41,244 bases of DNA from contig VBKX01000195.1 in the NCBI GenBank assembly GCA_005879435.1, forward strand, positions 1,021 through 42,264. The letters are read 5' to 3'. A program made the position numbers and the translations under genes. The DNA comes from Deltaproteobacteria bacterium. GTDB taxonomy: Bacteria; Desulfobacterota; Binatia; UBA9968. Shown piece by piece: positions 9,206-18,587 of the stretch (position 1 is the first letter of the stretch; each line of letters opens with the position of its first letter). Under the pieces are notes generated by a model. The model saw nothing but the letters and a program-made list of their open reading frames with translations. It was not told the DNA's origin and did no database searches.

Positions 9206-10135
9206 TTAATTCTTGGCGGGTTGGTATTCTTTAACGAAATAAAGCGGCCGCTGTTTGGTTTCGTCGAACATCCTGCCTAAATATTCGCCTAAAACACCAA
9301 TGGTCATCAGTTGGATGCCCCCGAGAAACAAGATCACTACCATCAGCGACGGATAACCGGCGACCGGGTCACCATGCGCTAAAGTCTTGTAGATCACCCA
9401 TACCGCGTATACGAAGGCCGCAAACGCCGTCGTAATTCCCAAGTACGTAGCAACTTTCAATGGGGCAATCGTAAACGACGTGAACCCTTCTAGCGCAAAG
9501 TTCCACAGTCTCCAATAATTCCACTTGCTCCGTCCCGCTTGGCGCGGGTCGCGCCGATAGGGTACCGCCTTTTGCGGAAAACCGATCCAGGCATAAAGTC
9601 CTTTCATGAATCGGTGTTGCTCACGCAACTTTTTAATTGCGTCCATAGCACGCCGACTCAGCAAACGAAAGTCCCCGGTGTCGACCGGTATCTTGATGTG
9701 CGTCGCGCCCTGTATCAACCGATAAAACAAAAAGGCAGTCGCCTTTTTGAGCGCTCTTTCTCCGGCTCGGCTGACCCGCTGGGCGTAAACAACGTCAAAA
9801 CCTTCACGGTAGTGTTTGACGAACTCGGGAATCAGTTCAGGCGGATCTTGTAAGTCGGCGTCGATCACGACGACCGCGTCACCATCCGCATAGTCGAACC
9901 CGGCTGTCATGGCAATTTCCTTGCCGAAGTTTCGACTAAGGTCGACGATGGCAATCCGAGTATCACCTCGGCGAAGGTTGTTTATGACCCCGATCGTACG
10001 ATCCGTACTGCCATCGTTGACGTAAATAATTTTCGTGTCACAGTCGAGCTTGTCGAGCACCCTGCTCAAACGAGAGTGAAAGTCCGGCAAAACCTCTTCT
10101 TCGTTATAAGTGGGGACGATAATTGAAAGAAGCAT
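9206..10135 (-). CDS. GT2 polyprenyl-phosphate glycosyltransferase (GtrB/ArnC/DPM1-like) with two C-terminal TM helices
   Basis: 'LSIIVPTYNEEE', 'VNDGSTDRT', 'DADLQDPPE', and C-terminal hydrophobic helices typical of the GtrB/ArnC architecture. Confidence 0.85.
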   Translation of the reverse strand: MLLSIIVPTYNEEEVLPDFHSRLSRVLDKLDCDTKIIYVNDGSTDRTIGVINNLRRGDTRIAIVDLSRNFGKEIAMTAGFDYADGDAVVVIDADLQDPPELIPEFVKHYREGFDVVYAQRVSRAGERALKKATAFLFYRLIQGATHIKIPVDTGDFRLLSRRAMDAIKKLREQHRFMKGLYAWIGFPQKAVPYRRDPRQAGRSKWNYWRLWNFALEGFTSFTIAPLKVATYLGITTAFAAFVYAVWVIYKTLAHGDPVAGYPSLMVVILFLGGIQLMTIGVLGEYLGRMFDETKQRPLYFVKEYQPAKN

Positions 10136-10488
10136 GCTTATCTCGCCTACGGGCGCTCAGGAATAGGTCGATAATATGTCGCTTCTACACCCTACTGGAG
10201 TAATTTTTTGATGTCCGCCTCGTTTTAAATGATCAAGCAATAGTGCCAATGAATGATCTCCGGATACTATCGATGGAAACAATTTGTCCGCAAGTAACCC
10301 ATCAAAAGGATATTATATTGACGATCTGTCTCCTGAAAACATTAGGCTATAGAACAATTTGACAGCATCAGCTCCTCCTGACCCGAACACAATATCCGCA
10401 ACAACGCGGATCCTCGGAAATGAAATGAAAACTTGCGCGAATATTACACCAAATGAAAACTTTCTTACCTCTTCTTTCCTCATCCACA

Positions 10489-11418
10489 TCAAAGCCGAAT
10501 ATGTCCCTTTTTCTCTAAGTAATGTTTCAGCGCTTGTTGCCAAGTCCGAGGCGCTTGATCAAATAACTCCGGACTCCTCTGGCTGATTAACGCTGAATTC
10601 GCCGGACGGCGCGCTTTGACGGGATATTCGTTACTGAGAACAGGCTCCAATCTCACATCAATATCGGTGAACTTGAGAATCTGGCGCGCGAATTCACACC
10701 AAGTGCAAGAGCCCCCGTTCGAGGCGTGGACTACACCGGTTACCTCTTTTTTAAGTAACTGGCGCACCACTTTGGCCGCGTCCTGTGTGTAGGTCGGCGA
10801 TATTCGGATATCATCGACGACCTTAAGCGGATCTCCTTTTTTTGCCCTGGCCAGAATCGTTTCGATAAAGTTTCCGCCTTTGCCACGCGCGCCGGTCGTG
10901 CCAAACAGGCTCGCGACCCTAACGATCAACCAGCGTGGCACGGTCTGCCGTACCAAGTGTTCACCGGCCAGTTTCGATGCTCCGTAGACATTGATGGGAT
11001 TTGCTTGATCCGATTCGACATAAGCATCTTCCTTCATTCCATCGAACACGTAATCGGTACCAATATATACGCAGCGGGCATCAATCGCCGCGCACGCGCG
11101 TGCGACATTGAATGCGCCGATTGCATTGACCTCAAACGCAAGGTTTGCCTGATCTTCGCAATCATCGACGCGAACAAAGGCGGCACAGTTGATGACAGTG
11201 TGTGGACGTAATCTGAGGACGACGCGACTTACCACAGCCGCTTTCGTACAATCGGCGTCTCCATGGCTCAGCGCCACGACGTCGAACTCGGGCTTTTGCC
11301 GTAGAACTTTGACTAAGTCCGTTCCGAGCTGTCCGGTGCTACCAAACACCGCGATTGTATGCTTGCTCGTCAGTGCCAAAACTCCGTCTCGTCCTCTATG
11401 TTTTAGCTCACATGGCAT
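10489..11418 (-). CDS. rfbD: dTDP-4-dehydrorhamnose reductase
   Basis: 'AVFGSTGQLG', 'YGASKLAGE' and 'RPANSAL' near the C-terminus, in rfb operon context. The true start may be about 15-20 codons downstream of the listed ATG. Confidence 0.85.
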   Translation of the reverse strand: MPCELKHRGRDGVLALTSKHTIAVFGSTGQLGTDLVKVLRQKPEFDVVALSHGDADCTKAAVVSRVVLRLRPHTVINCAAFVRVDDCEDQANLAFEVNAIGAFNVARACAAIDARCVYIGTDYVFDGMKEDAYVESDQANPINVYGASKLAGEHLVRQTVPRWLIVRVASLFGTTGARGKGGNFIETILARAKKGDPLKVVDDIRISPTYTQDAAKVVRQLLKKEVTGVVHASNGGSCTWCEFARQILKFTDIDVRLEPVLSNEYPVKARRPANSALISQRSPELFDQAPRTWQQALKHYLEKKGHIRL

Positions 11419-11447
11419 CGCGCGCTATGCGCTTCGCCTTCGGCTCT

Positions 11448-12490
11448 CTAACCGCGTGCCCAATTACGCGAATAGACAGAATCATAGTACTTTCGATACT
11501 CACCTGAAGTTAAATGAGCTATCCAGTCCGCGTGATCCAGATACCAGTCCACGGTTTGATTCATCGCAACTGAAGAAACCGTGGTTGGTTTCCAGCCAGT
11601 CTCAGCGCGAATTCTAGACGTGTTGATGGCGTAACGACGATCATGCCCCGGGCGATCGGTGATGAAGCGGATGCGCTGCTTAAGCCTATTCAGGTCCATG
11701 CTCTTTCGATCAGCAATAGCAATACAAATGGATTCGACGACGTCACAATTGGTGCGTTCTTCGGCCGTCCCAATGTTGTAAATTGAACCCACTCGCCCTT
11801 TTTCAAGCACCCTGAGAATAGCCCGACAATTATCTTCGACATAAAGCCAGTCGCGAACCTGTTTCCCGTCACCGTATACCGGAAATTCCAAGCCATTGAG
11901 ACCGTTGCGTATCAGTAATGGGATCAGCTTTTCTGGAAATTGATACGGTCCGTAGTTATTGGAACTGCGGGTCACTAGGACCGGTAAATCGTATGTGCGG
12001 CGATATGAAAAACAGAGCAGATCGGCCGCCGCCTTGGTCGCCGCGTAAGGACTACTTGGACGTAACTGTGAATCTTCTGTCGCCGGCTCCTTTTCCTCTT
12101 TGTCCCATAAACCTCGTCGGTGGAAATTTGAAGAAAACGCTCCACCGGATGCGTCCGAATCGCGTCGAGAAGCGACTGCACCCCGCCAATATTGGTTTGT
12201 ACAAAAGGAGACGCGTCGAGAATACTTCTATCTACGTGCGACTCGGCAGCGAAATTGACGATCGCCCACGGTTTTTCCTTTTGGAGAATCTCTTCGACCA
12301 GTGTCCGGTCAATGATGTCTCCGTGCACGAAGTGATTACGTCCGACGTCAACACCCGCGACGTTTTCCAAGTTTCCCGCGTAGGTCAGCTTATCAAGATT
12401 GATGATTCGCCAGTCCCTTTCCGCGTTCAGGAGCCTGACAAAGTTACTCCCGATGAATCCACAACCACCCGTCACTAACACGGTTTTCAT
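11448..12490 (-). pseudogene. rfbB: dTDP-glucose 4,6-dehydratase interrupted by a -1 frameshift
   Basis: The N-terminal ORF (12490..) reads MKTVLVTGGCGFIGSNF...ISTDEVYG and then becomes nonsense. My retranslation in another frame from about 12103 gives DKEEKEPATEDSQLRPSSPYAATKAAADLLCFSYRRTYDLPVLVTRSSNNYGPYQFPEKLIP..., which is the expected continuation through to the stop at 11448. The shift is at the CCC run at 12104..12106. Confidence 0.85.
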
Positions 12491-13177
12491 CTAAGAATTA
12501 CCTCATCAGAAGCTTTTCAAAGCCCTCGGCGATCGCGCTTGGGATTTAAATAGTGTCGAAAACTGGCTGACACCGAAAATAAGCTCGCCCCTGCACCTCA
12601 TCTCGTCGATGCTCTCCAACTAACGGGGCGGTCACCCGCTTGCCTAGGAGTGCTAGACGCCCACAGTGTTTCCTTTGGAACATGCAGATACTCCTGAAGG
12701 GGCACTCTTCCTCCTGAATTGCGTCCTTTGTCCTACTGCATGAGTCGTCCGAACTCCTGAACGAGCAAATAAAATGCCCCACCTGTTCCCTGCTGTGAGC
12801 AATCGCCTCAACGCGTGCTCTATCAGCAGCCGTCACGTCATGCCCCTTACTCGACCGCCATCGCCCTGTTAGCAGGATTGTGTGATCCTACGCCAATCAG
12901 TCTGCGTGAAACTTCCGTTTGGCTACTCTTTAAGCCTGTAGATCCCCATTCACCCACCACAGAATTTATTTCATTCCACGCATAGGGGCCATGTCCGAAT
13001 TTTAAGGAGCGCTTGAGTTGTAACTGTCTCACTTTGGATTTTATGTGGGGCAAAATTTAGGATGCGATCTTTGATTTCGGTACATATATGCCCTGTGTCT
13101 CTCCAAAGGTCTTCGAATTTCGAAATTGTGACACAGTCTCGAGGCCCGCTCCTTTCAAACTTGCCCACACATCGACA
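12491..13177 (-). other. 687-nt ORF-poor spacer between rfbC and rfbB (candidate non-coding RNA or decayed gene)
   Basis: Only three short overlapping ORFs in different frames, with Cys/Arg-rich unprotein-like translations. Every other junction in this operon is 30 nt or less. It contains the 8-mer CTCCTGAA three times (12691, 12711, 12754) and a local excess of GGA on the minus strand. Confidence 0.4.
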
Positions 13178-13744
13178 TTAAGCTACGGCGTTGTAACGGA
13201 AATTATTTTCTGCCCATTTAAGGGGCGGCCATGCATGGTCCCGCGATGATAGCTGTGGCTCTGCCAGCGGCCAGTCGATCGCTAATTCGGCATCATTCCA
13301 GAACACTCCTGCTTCATATTCCGGTGCGTACTCTTCCGTCGCCATGTACAAGATCTCCGCTTCTTCACTGGTCACGCAAAATCCATGTGCGAAACCGGTG
13401 GGTATGTACAGCATTTTCCTGTTCTCCCCTGAAAGCTCTACCGCAATCCATTTCCCGTAAGTTGGCCCGCCTTGCCGCAAATCAACGACCACATCATAGA
13501 TCTCACCCGAAACCGCCCGGACGAGCTTACATTGGGCTTTAGGATGCTTCTGATAGTGTAGTCCGCGAAGGATCCCTTTTGAGGATTTCGAATGATTGCA
13601 CTGCACGAACGTCCCCGTGATTCCATGCGCTGCAAATTCGGAACACTTGTAAGTCTCCATGAAAAAACCGCGTTGATCTGGAAATACCCGAGGATCAATC
13701 ACCATAACTTCAGGGATCGCGGTGGGACTAAAGCCAAACGACAT
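13178..13744 (-). CDS. rfbC: dTDP-4-dehydrorhamnose 3,5-epimerase
   Basis: 'DQRGFFMETY', 'NHSKSSKGILRGLHYQ' and 'GFAHGF' cupin motifs. The start overlaps the rfbA stop (TAATG). Confidence 0.9.
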   Translation of the reverse strand: MSFGFSPTAIPEVMVIDPRVFPDQRGFFMETYKCSEFAAHGITGTFVQCNHSKSSKGILRGLHYQKHPKAQCKLVRAVSGEIYDVVVDLRQGGPTYGKWIAVELSGENRKMLYIPTGFAHGFCVTSEEAEILYMATEEYAPEYEAGVFWNDAELAIDWPLAEPQLSSRDHAWPPLKWAENNFRYNAVA

Positions 13745-14811
13745 TACAGTAAGACCTCTGAATCGTCGCCGATCATGAGCCGATAGGCTTGATGAATTTC
13801 GTGGTTTCTGAGCACGACGGAATTTTTCCCGATCAGACTGTCTTCCAGGCGATCGACATGCTCAATTCGCGCACTTTCCAGTAATACGCAATGCTCCAGG
13901 ACGGACGAAACGATTCGGCAACCGTTTCCAATCGATGTGAATGGTCCTACAAAGGAATTTTCCACGAGCACGTTTTCGCCGATCACGGCGGGACCGCGCA
14001 CCGTGCTATTAACGACGCGGCTACCGTACCCCAGCTGCACGCGGCCGGTGACTTGACTTTGTGCGTCGACTTCTCCGTCAATGCGACGCTTCACCCATTC
14101 GTCCAGCACCACAGTGTTGGCGGTAAGCAAATCGTCTTTCTTCCCTGTATCCAGCCACCAGGCATCAATGCGGTCGCTCAAGACTTTACCACCGGCGTCG
14201 AGCAGTGCTTGAATCGCATCCGTGATTTCGAGCTCGCCACGCCATGAGGGTGAGATGATGTTAATCGCCTTATGAATCTGGCCGGTGAAAAAATAGATAC
14301 CGACCAATGCTAAGTTGGATTTCGGCTGTTTAGGTTTTTCAACCAAACGAATGACCCTTTGATCATGATCAATCTCCGCAATTCCGAAACTCGAAGGATT
14401 GTCGACTTCCTTTAGCAAGATCGATGCGTCAGCTCCTAATAATTCGAATTTCTCGCGATACTTTCCGATGCCAGACCCTATTAGATTGTCGCCGAGATAC
14501 ATGACAAAGGAATCAGATTCCAGGTACGGCTGGGCAATCTTGACCGCGTGAGCGAGCCCCAGGGGGTCGTTTTGGAGTATATATTCAACCTTCATTCCCC
14601 AGAGCTGTCCTAGACCCACAGCTTCCCGCACAGCGTTGCCAGTCTCCGGCGAGATCACGATTCCCACTTGCTCGATGCCGGCATCTTTGAGATTGTCCAA
14701 TACGTGAAATAGAATGGGCCGATTGCCAACTGGCACGAGTTGCTTCGCGGCGGTGTGGGTAAGGGGTCGCAGTCTTGTGCCCCGGCCTCCGCTTAAGACC
14801 AGTCCTTTCAT
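13744..14811 (-). CDS. rfbA: Glucose-1-phosphate thymidylyltransferase, long form with C-terminal left-handed beta-helix
   Basis: 'MKGLVLSGGRGTRLRPLTHTAAKQLVPV' nucleotidyltransferase signature, with a hexapeptide-repeat-like C-terminal third. Start taken at MKGLVL; an ATG four codons upstream at 14823 is also possible. Confidence 0.85.
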   Translation of the reverse strand: MKGLVLSGGRGTRLRPLTHTAAKQLVPVGNRPILFHVLDNLKDAGIEQVGIVISPETGNAVREAVGLGQLWGMKVEYILQNDPLGLAHAVKIAQPYLESDSFVMYLGDNLIGSGIGKYREKFELLGADASILLKEVDNPSSFGIAEIDHDQRVIRLVEKPKQPKSNLALVGIYFFTGQIHKAINIISPSWRGELEITDAIQALLDAGGKVLSDRIDAWWLDTGKKDDLLTANTVVLDEWVKRRIDGEVDAQSQVTGRVQLGYGSRVVNSTVRGPAVIGENVLVENSFVGPFTSIGNGCRIVSSVLEHCVLLESARIEHVDRLEDSLIGKNSVVLRNHEIHQAYRLMIGDDSEVLL

Positions 14812-15375
14812 TCTGACGCCCATAAATCCATGATCAGTAAAACGTGGCGAACGTCGTTCCTAAAGAGCGTTCGATTGGAGACCGATGGTGTGAAGGATGT
14901 CTCACAGGTCCAGGGCAGTGATATCAGTGCCGCTTGCCGACGAAATTTAAGGGCATGATACTCGTACTCGAATTTCGCAATAGTTATCACCAATGGATCA
15001 GGCTTTGCCTTTGCGTCAAAGGTTGAACAGCATCACGACGAGCACCGTGCTAGGAACGATCTGGAGACCTCCGGACCTGTCAGGTCAGCACCACCCGTCA
15101 ACTCACGAGAATTTTTGACCTGACATCGAGTCGCTCTCAACCGCCGAATGCCAATACACTACACTTCGGCAATCCCAGACAACTGAGACCGCGCTCGACC
15201 GCTGCTCTTGAATTGGCACGTATTAGCCGTCACCCAATCGTGCCACTTTCGCCTTAAACACCCGTATCGAAGCATGGTCGTTTCGGTCACTCACATTTGA
15301 TGGATGAACGAGGTTTTCTGTGACCCCGGCACTATAAGGAGAGCAAAACAAACACCAGAGCAAGAGACGGGTCAA

Positions 15376-16758
15376 CTATCCCAAATCTTTAAAGGATTCC
15401 TTGTGGAGTCCATGCCTCCTCATCTTTCTGTAGAGCGTTTTGTTATCGACCTTTGCCTCAACGGCCGTCAAGGAAATAGCGCCTTTATGTTTGATTAAGA
15501 GACTTCTGAGATATTCTTTTTCGCTGCGCTGTAGCCACTGCTTAAGTGATAAGTCACCGTCGCCATTACTGACATAGAGACGATCAAGAATCCTTTGCGG
15601 TGGCGCTGGCAGATCAACGTCTTCAATAATTTCGCCTTGGCATTTGACGATAGCGCGCTCGAGAATATTCTCAAGCTCTCTGATATTACCAGGCCACCGA
15701 TACGCGAGCATATGATCAAGAACTTGAGGGCCAACTTGTTTAATTTTTTTCTCCTGCGCGACAGCATGTTTACTCAAAATATGATTTATCAGCACGGGAA
15801 GATCTTCCAATCGTTCCCGCAACGGCGGCAGCTCCAGCGGGATGACGTTAATTCGATAATAAAAATCTTCACGCAGCGTTCCGCGAGCTAAACAGATCTT
15901 TAAATCCACGTTAGTCGCAGCAACTACTCTCATGTCGACTTTTACCTTACGATTCCCACCTAAACGCTCAACCTCTCGTTCCTGCAGCACTCTCAAAAGT
16001 TTAACTTGCATCGGCGGCGCCATGGTCTCAATCTCGTCGAGAAAAAGAGTTCCCCCGTCGGCAATTTCAATTTTCCCGGCGCGGCTCTGGACGGCTCCCG
16101 TGAACGCGCCCTTTTCGTAGCCAAACAACTCGCTCTCGAGCAATGTGTCTGGAAACGCTCCGCAGTTGATCGCAACAAATTGTTTTGACCGGCGTCGACT
16201 CAAATTATGGATGGCGCGGGCCACCAATTCCTTCCCCGTTCCAGTCTCACCCGTAATCATCACTCCGGAATCGGTTTCAGCTAACGATCTGATGAGATCG
16301 AACACTTTCAGCATCTTCGGACTTTTGCTGAGAATGTTTTCCAAATGATGTTCCTCGTGAACCTTTTGACGAAGCTCGCGAACTTCGTCCAGTAAGCGTC
16401 GTTTTTCGATCAGCTTCTCGCTTACCAGACGAATCGCCTCAGGTTGGAACGGCTTAGTGATATAATCACTCGCTCCAAGCTTCATCGCTTCCACCGCTTG
16501 CTTAATGTTTCCAAAAGCAGTGACTAGGATAACGTCAGTATCGGGGCACTTTTCGCGAACGTGACGCGCCAATTGAAACCCATCCATTCCTGGCATTTTA
16601 ACGTCGGAAACAACGATAGCAAATTTTTCCTCGGACAGTATCTTTACGCCTTCCTCGCCACAAGACGCAGTGGTAACGCGGAAACCTTCCTGCTCGTAAA
16701 ACTGACCCAGCTGCTCCCTCAACCGATCATGGTCTTCAACAATTAATACATTATACAT
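15376..16758 (-). CDS. Sigma-54-dependent response regulator (NtrC family: REC, AAA+, Fis-type HTH)
   Basis: REC ('VLIVEDHD', 'VVSDVKMPGMDG'), Walker A 'GETGTGKE', an intact 'GAFTGA' loop, 'WPGNIRELEN', and a C-terminal HTH ('NKTLYRKMRRHGL'). Confidence 0.9.
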   Translation of the reverse strand: MYNVLIVEDHDRLREQLGQFYEQEGFRVTTASCGEEGVKILSEEKFAIVVSDVKMPGMDGFQLARHVREKCPDTDVILVTAFGNIKQAVEAMKLGASDYITKPFQPEAIRLVSEKLIEKRRLLDEVRELRQKVHEEHHLENILSKSPKMLKVFDLIRSLAETDSGVMITGETGTGKELVARAIHNLSRRRSKQFVAINCGAFPDTLLESELFGYEKGAFTGAVQSRAGKIEIADGGTLFLDEIETMAPPMQVKLLRVLQEREVERLGGNRKVKVDMRVVAATNVDLKICLARGTLREDFYYRINVIPLELPPLRERLEDLPVLINHILSKHAVAQEKKIKQVGPQVLDHMLAYRWPGNIRELENILERAIVKCQGEIIEDVDLPAPPQRILDRLYVSNGDGDLSLKQWLQRSEKEYLRSLLIKHKGAISLTAVEAKVDNKTLYRKMRRHGLHKESFKDLG

Positions 16759-16785
16759 AACAGACGTGTACACCTCGAAATTCTT

Positions 16786-17847
16786 CTATCGATGGGACCA
16801 CTCAGTCGATTCACTCACGGGAAGCGTTATTTCCACCCGTGTCCCGGAACTCTCATTGCTCGAAATATTCAAGAGTCCCCCGTGCATTTCCAAGATACGA
16901 ATTGCCATGCTAAGTCCCAGTCCGCTCCTTTCCCGCTTGGAGCTGAAAAAAGGCACTGAGGCTTTTGCTAGTATTTCTTTTTCCATCCCGATTCCGCTGT
17001 CCGCAATCCAGACTCGGGCAACCGATCGTGAAGTCAAAGGAAAGGTTTCCTTCCGGGCATCGATGACCACTTGATCGGCGCTTTTTGTCGCTTCGAGGGC
17101 ATTTTGGATGATCGAACTCAATGCAAGTTCGAGGAGAAAAGGATCTCCGCAAATTTGAGATCCCGTTAGCGAATCATCAACGATGGCTTTAAACGAAACT
17201 TTTTTTTCTTCGAATAGAGGGCTCGCGGATTCGATCACTGAACGAAGTATCTCACCTAATTCCACAGCCGATAAGTAAACTGGAGTTTGAGTATAGTGCG
17301 AAAATGAACGCGTGAACTCGACGGCTTGGTCAACCGTGTCTTGCAGCGATTGTATTTCATGGTTCGACGTTCCATTACGTTTCAGGGAGCCAATCAGAAG
17401 GTTAATCAACTGAAAATGATTTCCAATTTTGTGAATGAATTGGGAAATAACCGCGCTATCGAGAGAGCGGGCCCGAACGTCGCGCATAAGCGGGGTGATA
17501 GAACCATGGATGCGAATACTGTCGTCCTTTCCCACCTTTCGAAAACTATGAGATACCCGCACCGGGAGTCCTTGATCGTCAAGCAGTCCGTGATCCTCAC
17601 ATGCTATTTCAGCTTCTTGGAGCTGGTCCAGTCGCGCAAAGAGCCGCTGTCGATCTTCTTGATTCAGCCTGTCCTCCCAAAGCGAGCGATTACCTTGCAA
17701 AGATTCCGCCTGAATACCAATGAGGTCGAAAGCGTTTGGAGAGATGACTCTAATCGTGAAGTCCGAGGTAGTCTCGTAGACAACGCACGGAAGGGAGGCC
17801 AAGAAGTCGCTCATCTTGTAATTAGTGCGACGAAGGGGTGACCGCAT
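16786..17847 (-). CDS. PAS-domain sensor histidine kinase, cognate partner of the NtrC-type regulator
   Basis: PAS-like N-terminus, a His-containing dimerisation helix ('IHKIGNHFQLINLL'), and an HATPase_c domain ('NALEAT', 'DSGIGM', 'GLGLSMA'). Start chosen at the ATG at 17847, preceded by AAGGAAG; the ORF track starts at a TTG at 17940. Confidence 0.8.
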   Translation of the reverse strand: MRSPLRRTNYKMSDFLASLPCVVYETTSDFTIRVISPNAFDLIGIQAESLQGNRSLWEDRLNQEDRQRLFARLDQLQEAEIACEDHGLLDDQGLPVRVSHSFRKVGKDDSIRIHGSITPLMRDVRARSLDSAVISQFIHKIGNHFQLINLLIGSLKRNGTSNHEIQSLQDTVDQAVEFTRSFSHYTQTPVYLSAVELGEILRSVIESASPLFEEKKVSFKAIVDDSLTGSQICGDPFLLELALSSIIQNALEATKSADQVVIDARKETFPLTSRSVARVWIADSGIGMEKEILAKASVPFFSSKRERSGLGLSMAIRILEMHGGLLNISSNESSGTRVEITLPVSESTEWSHR

Positions 17848-18572
17848 TGGTTGCTTCCTTTGGGTCGTCGCACCCCAAGCAATGGCCTCTTCGGCCGGAG
17901 CACTCAAGAGGACTTCGGTCAATCCGATCAACCATTGCAATAAAGCCTACCATTCCATTCGATCCTAAACTACCTGGCATTTTTGCCATATTATGGGGTT
18001 CAATTCAAGAAATTTGTTACCCGCTTTTGCACTTTCAAAGGTCAAGTCGGTACCGATTATTATCGCGATAAGTAGTCAAATTAACTAATTTTTTGTTAAA
18101 TGCTTCCAAGCAACTCTTGGTGCTTAAAGGATTTCCTGTAAACACTTTTGACACCTATTTTTTCGGATTGAGGCTCGCCAAATGTCCCATTCATTGGCCA
18201 GCACACAGTCTCCATCAAATTTTCTATGGGGATCTACGTGCCACCATTCAACGGTGGAGGGGATAAACTAGTCGTTCCATTCCACTATGTTGCCCGTGGC
18301 GTTCAAACTAGTCGGGCGCTAATGTCTTTGAGATCGCAATTTGCGTAATTGCATCCCCTCTCGCTTCGAGACGCGTTGTTATGTGTTCGGCAATTTAGAA
18401 ATCTGTCATTTGTGCCTGACGAAACGTCGTCCAGAGATTTTAGTTTCATGCCAATGATATCTTCACCTATAGAGCTAAGGAGGCAGTTGTTTGGAATATT
18501 GTCAACCAGCTCAACTCCACAATTAATAAAGGCACCAAACGATGAACGATAACAATGGAAGCTAAAGCGCGT

Positions 18573-18587
18573 TGGCACACGACTTGC
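18573..18587 (+). promoter_or_regulatory. Candidate sigma-54 promoter inside the 0.94-kb gap, facing the PrsR-like gene
   Basis: TGGCACACGACTTGC = TGGCAC-N5-TTGC, followed by T. It lies about 295 nt upstream of the GTG start at 18882. Confidence 0.65.

Noticed and set aside
12104-12106. Slipped-strand phase variation at the rfbB G/C run
   Set aside because: A 3-4 nt homopolymer is far shorter than tracts known to phase-vary. A sequencing error or a simple mutation is more parsimonious.
12546-13168. Three ORF-track ORFs (96, 68 and 65 aa) inside the spacer as real genes
   Set aside because: They overlap in different frames, are Cys/Arg/Ser-rich with no recognisable motif, and mostly lack SD sequences. 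The only SD-preceded start (ATG at 12683, 45 codons) is too weak to call.
12491-13177. ORF-less group II intron in the rfbC-rfbB spacer (the minus strand begins near a GTGTG at 13166..13170)
   Set aside because: I could not find a domain V-like hairpin (AGC...GNRA...) or a plausible domain VI/3' AY end. The GUGUG alone is not diagnostic.
15214-15228. Additional TGGCAC matches as sigma-54 promoters (15214 plus strand; 9135..9149 plus strand; 10247..10262 minus strand)
   Set aside because: The -12 GC is at the wrong spacing (N9 or N7 instead of GG-N10-GC), and no gene lies downstream in the right orientation.
18303-18578. 91-aa minus-strand ORF, and the 72-aa plus-strand ORF (18572..18790), in the AT-rich gap
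   Set aside because: The translations are not protein-like. The plus-strand ORF would start inside the sigma-54 promoter element. Only the shorter internal 53-codon version is mentioned, as a low-confidence possibility.
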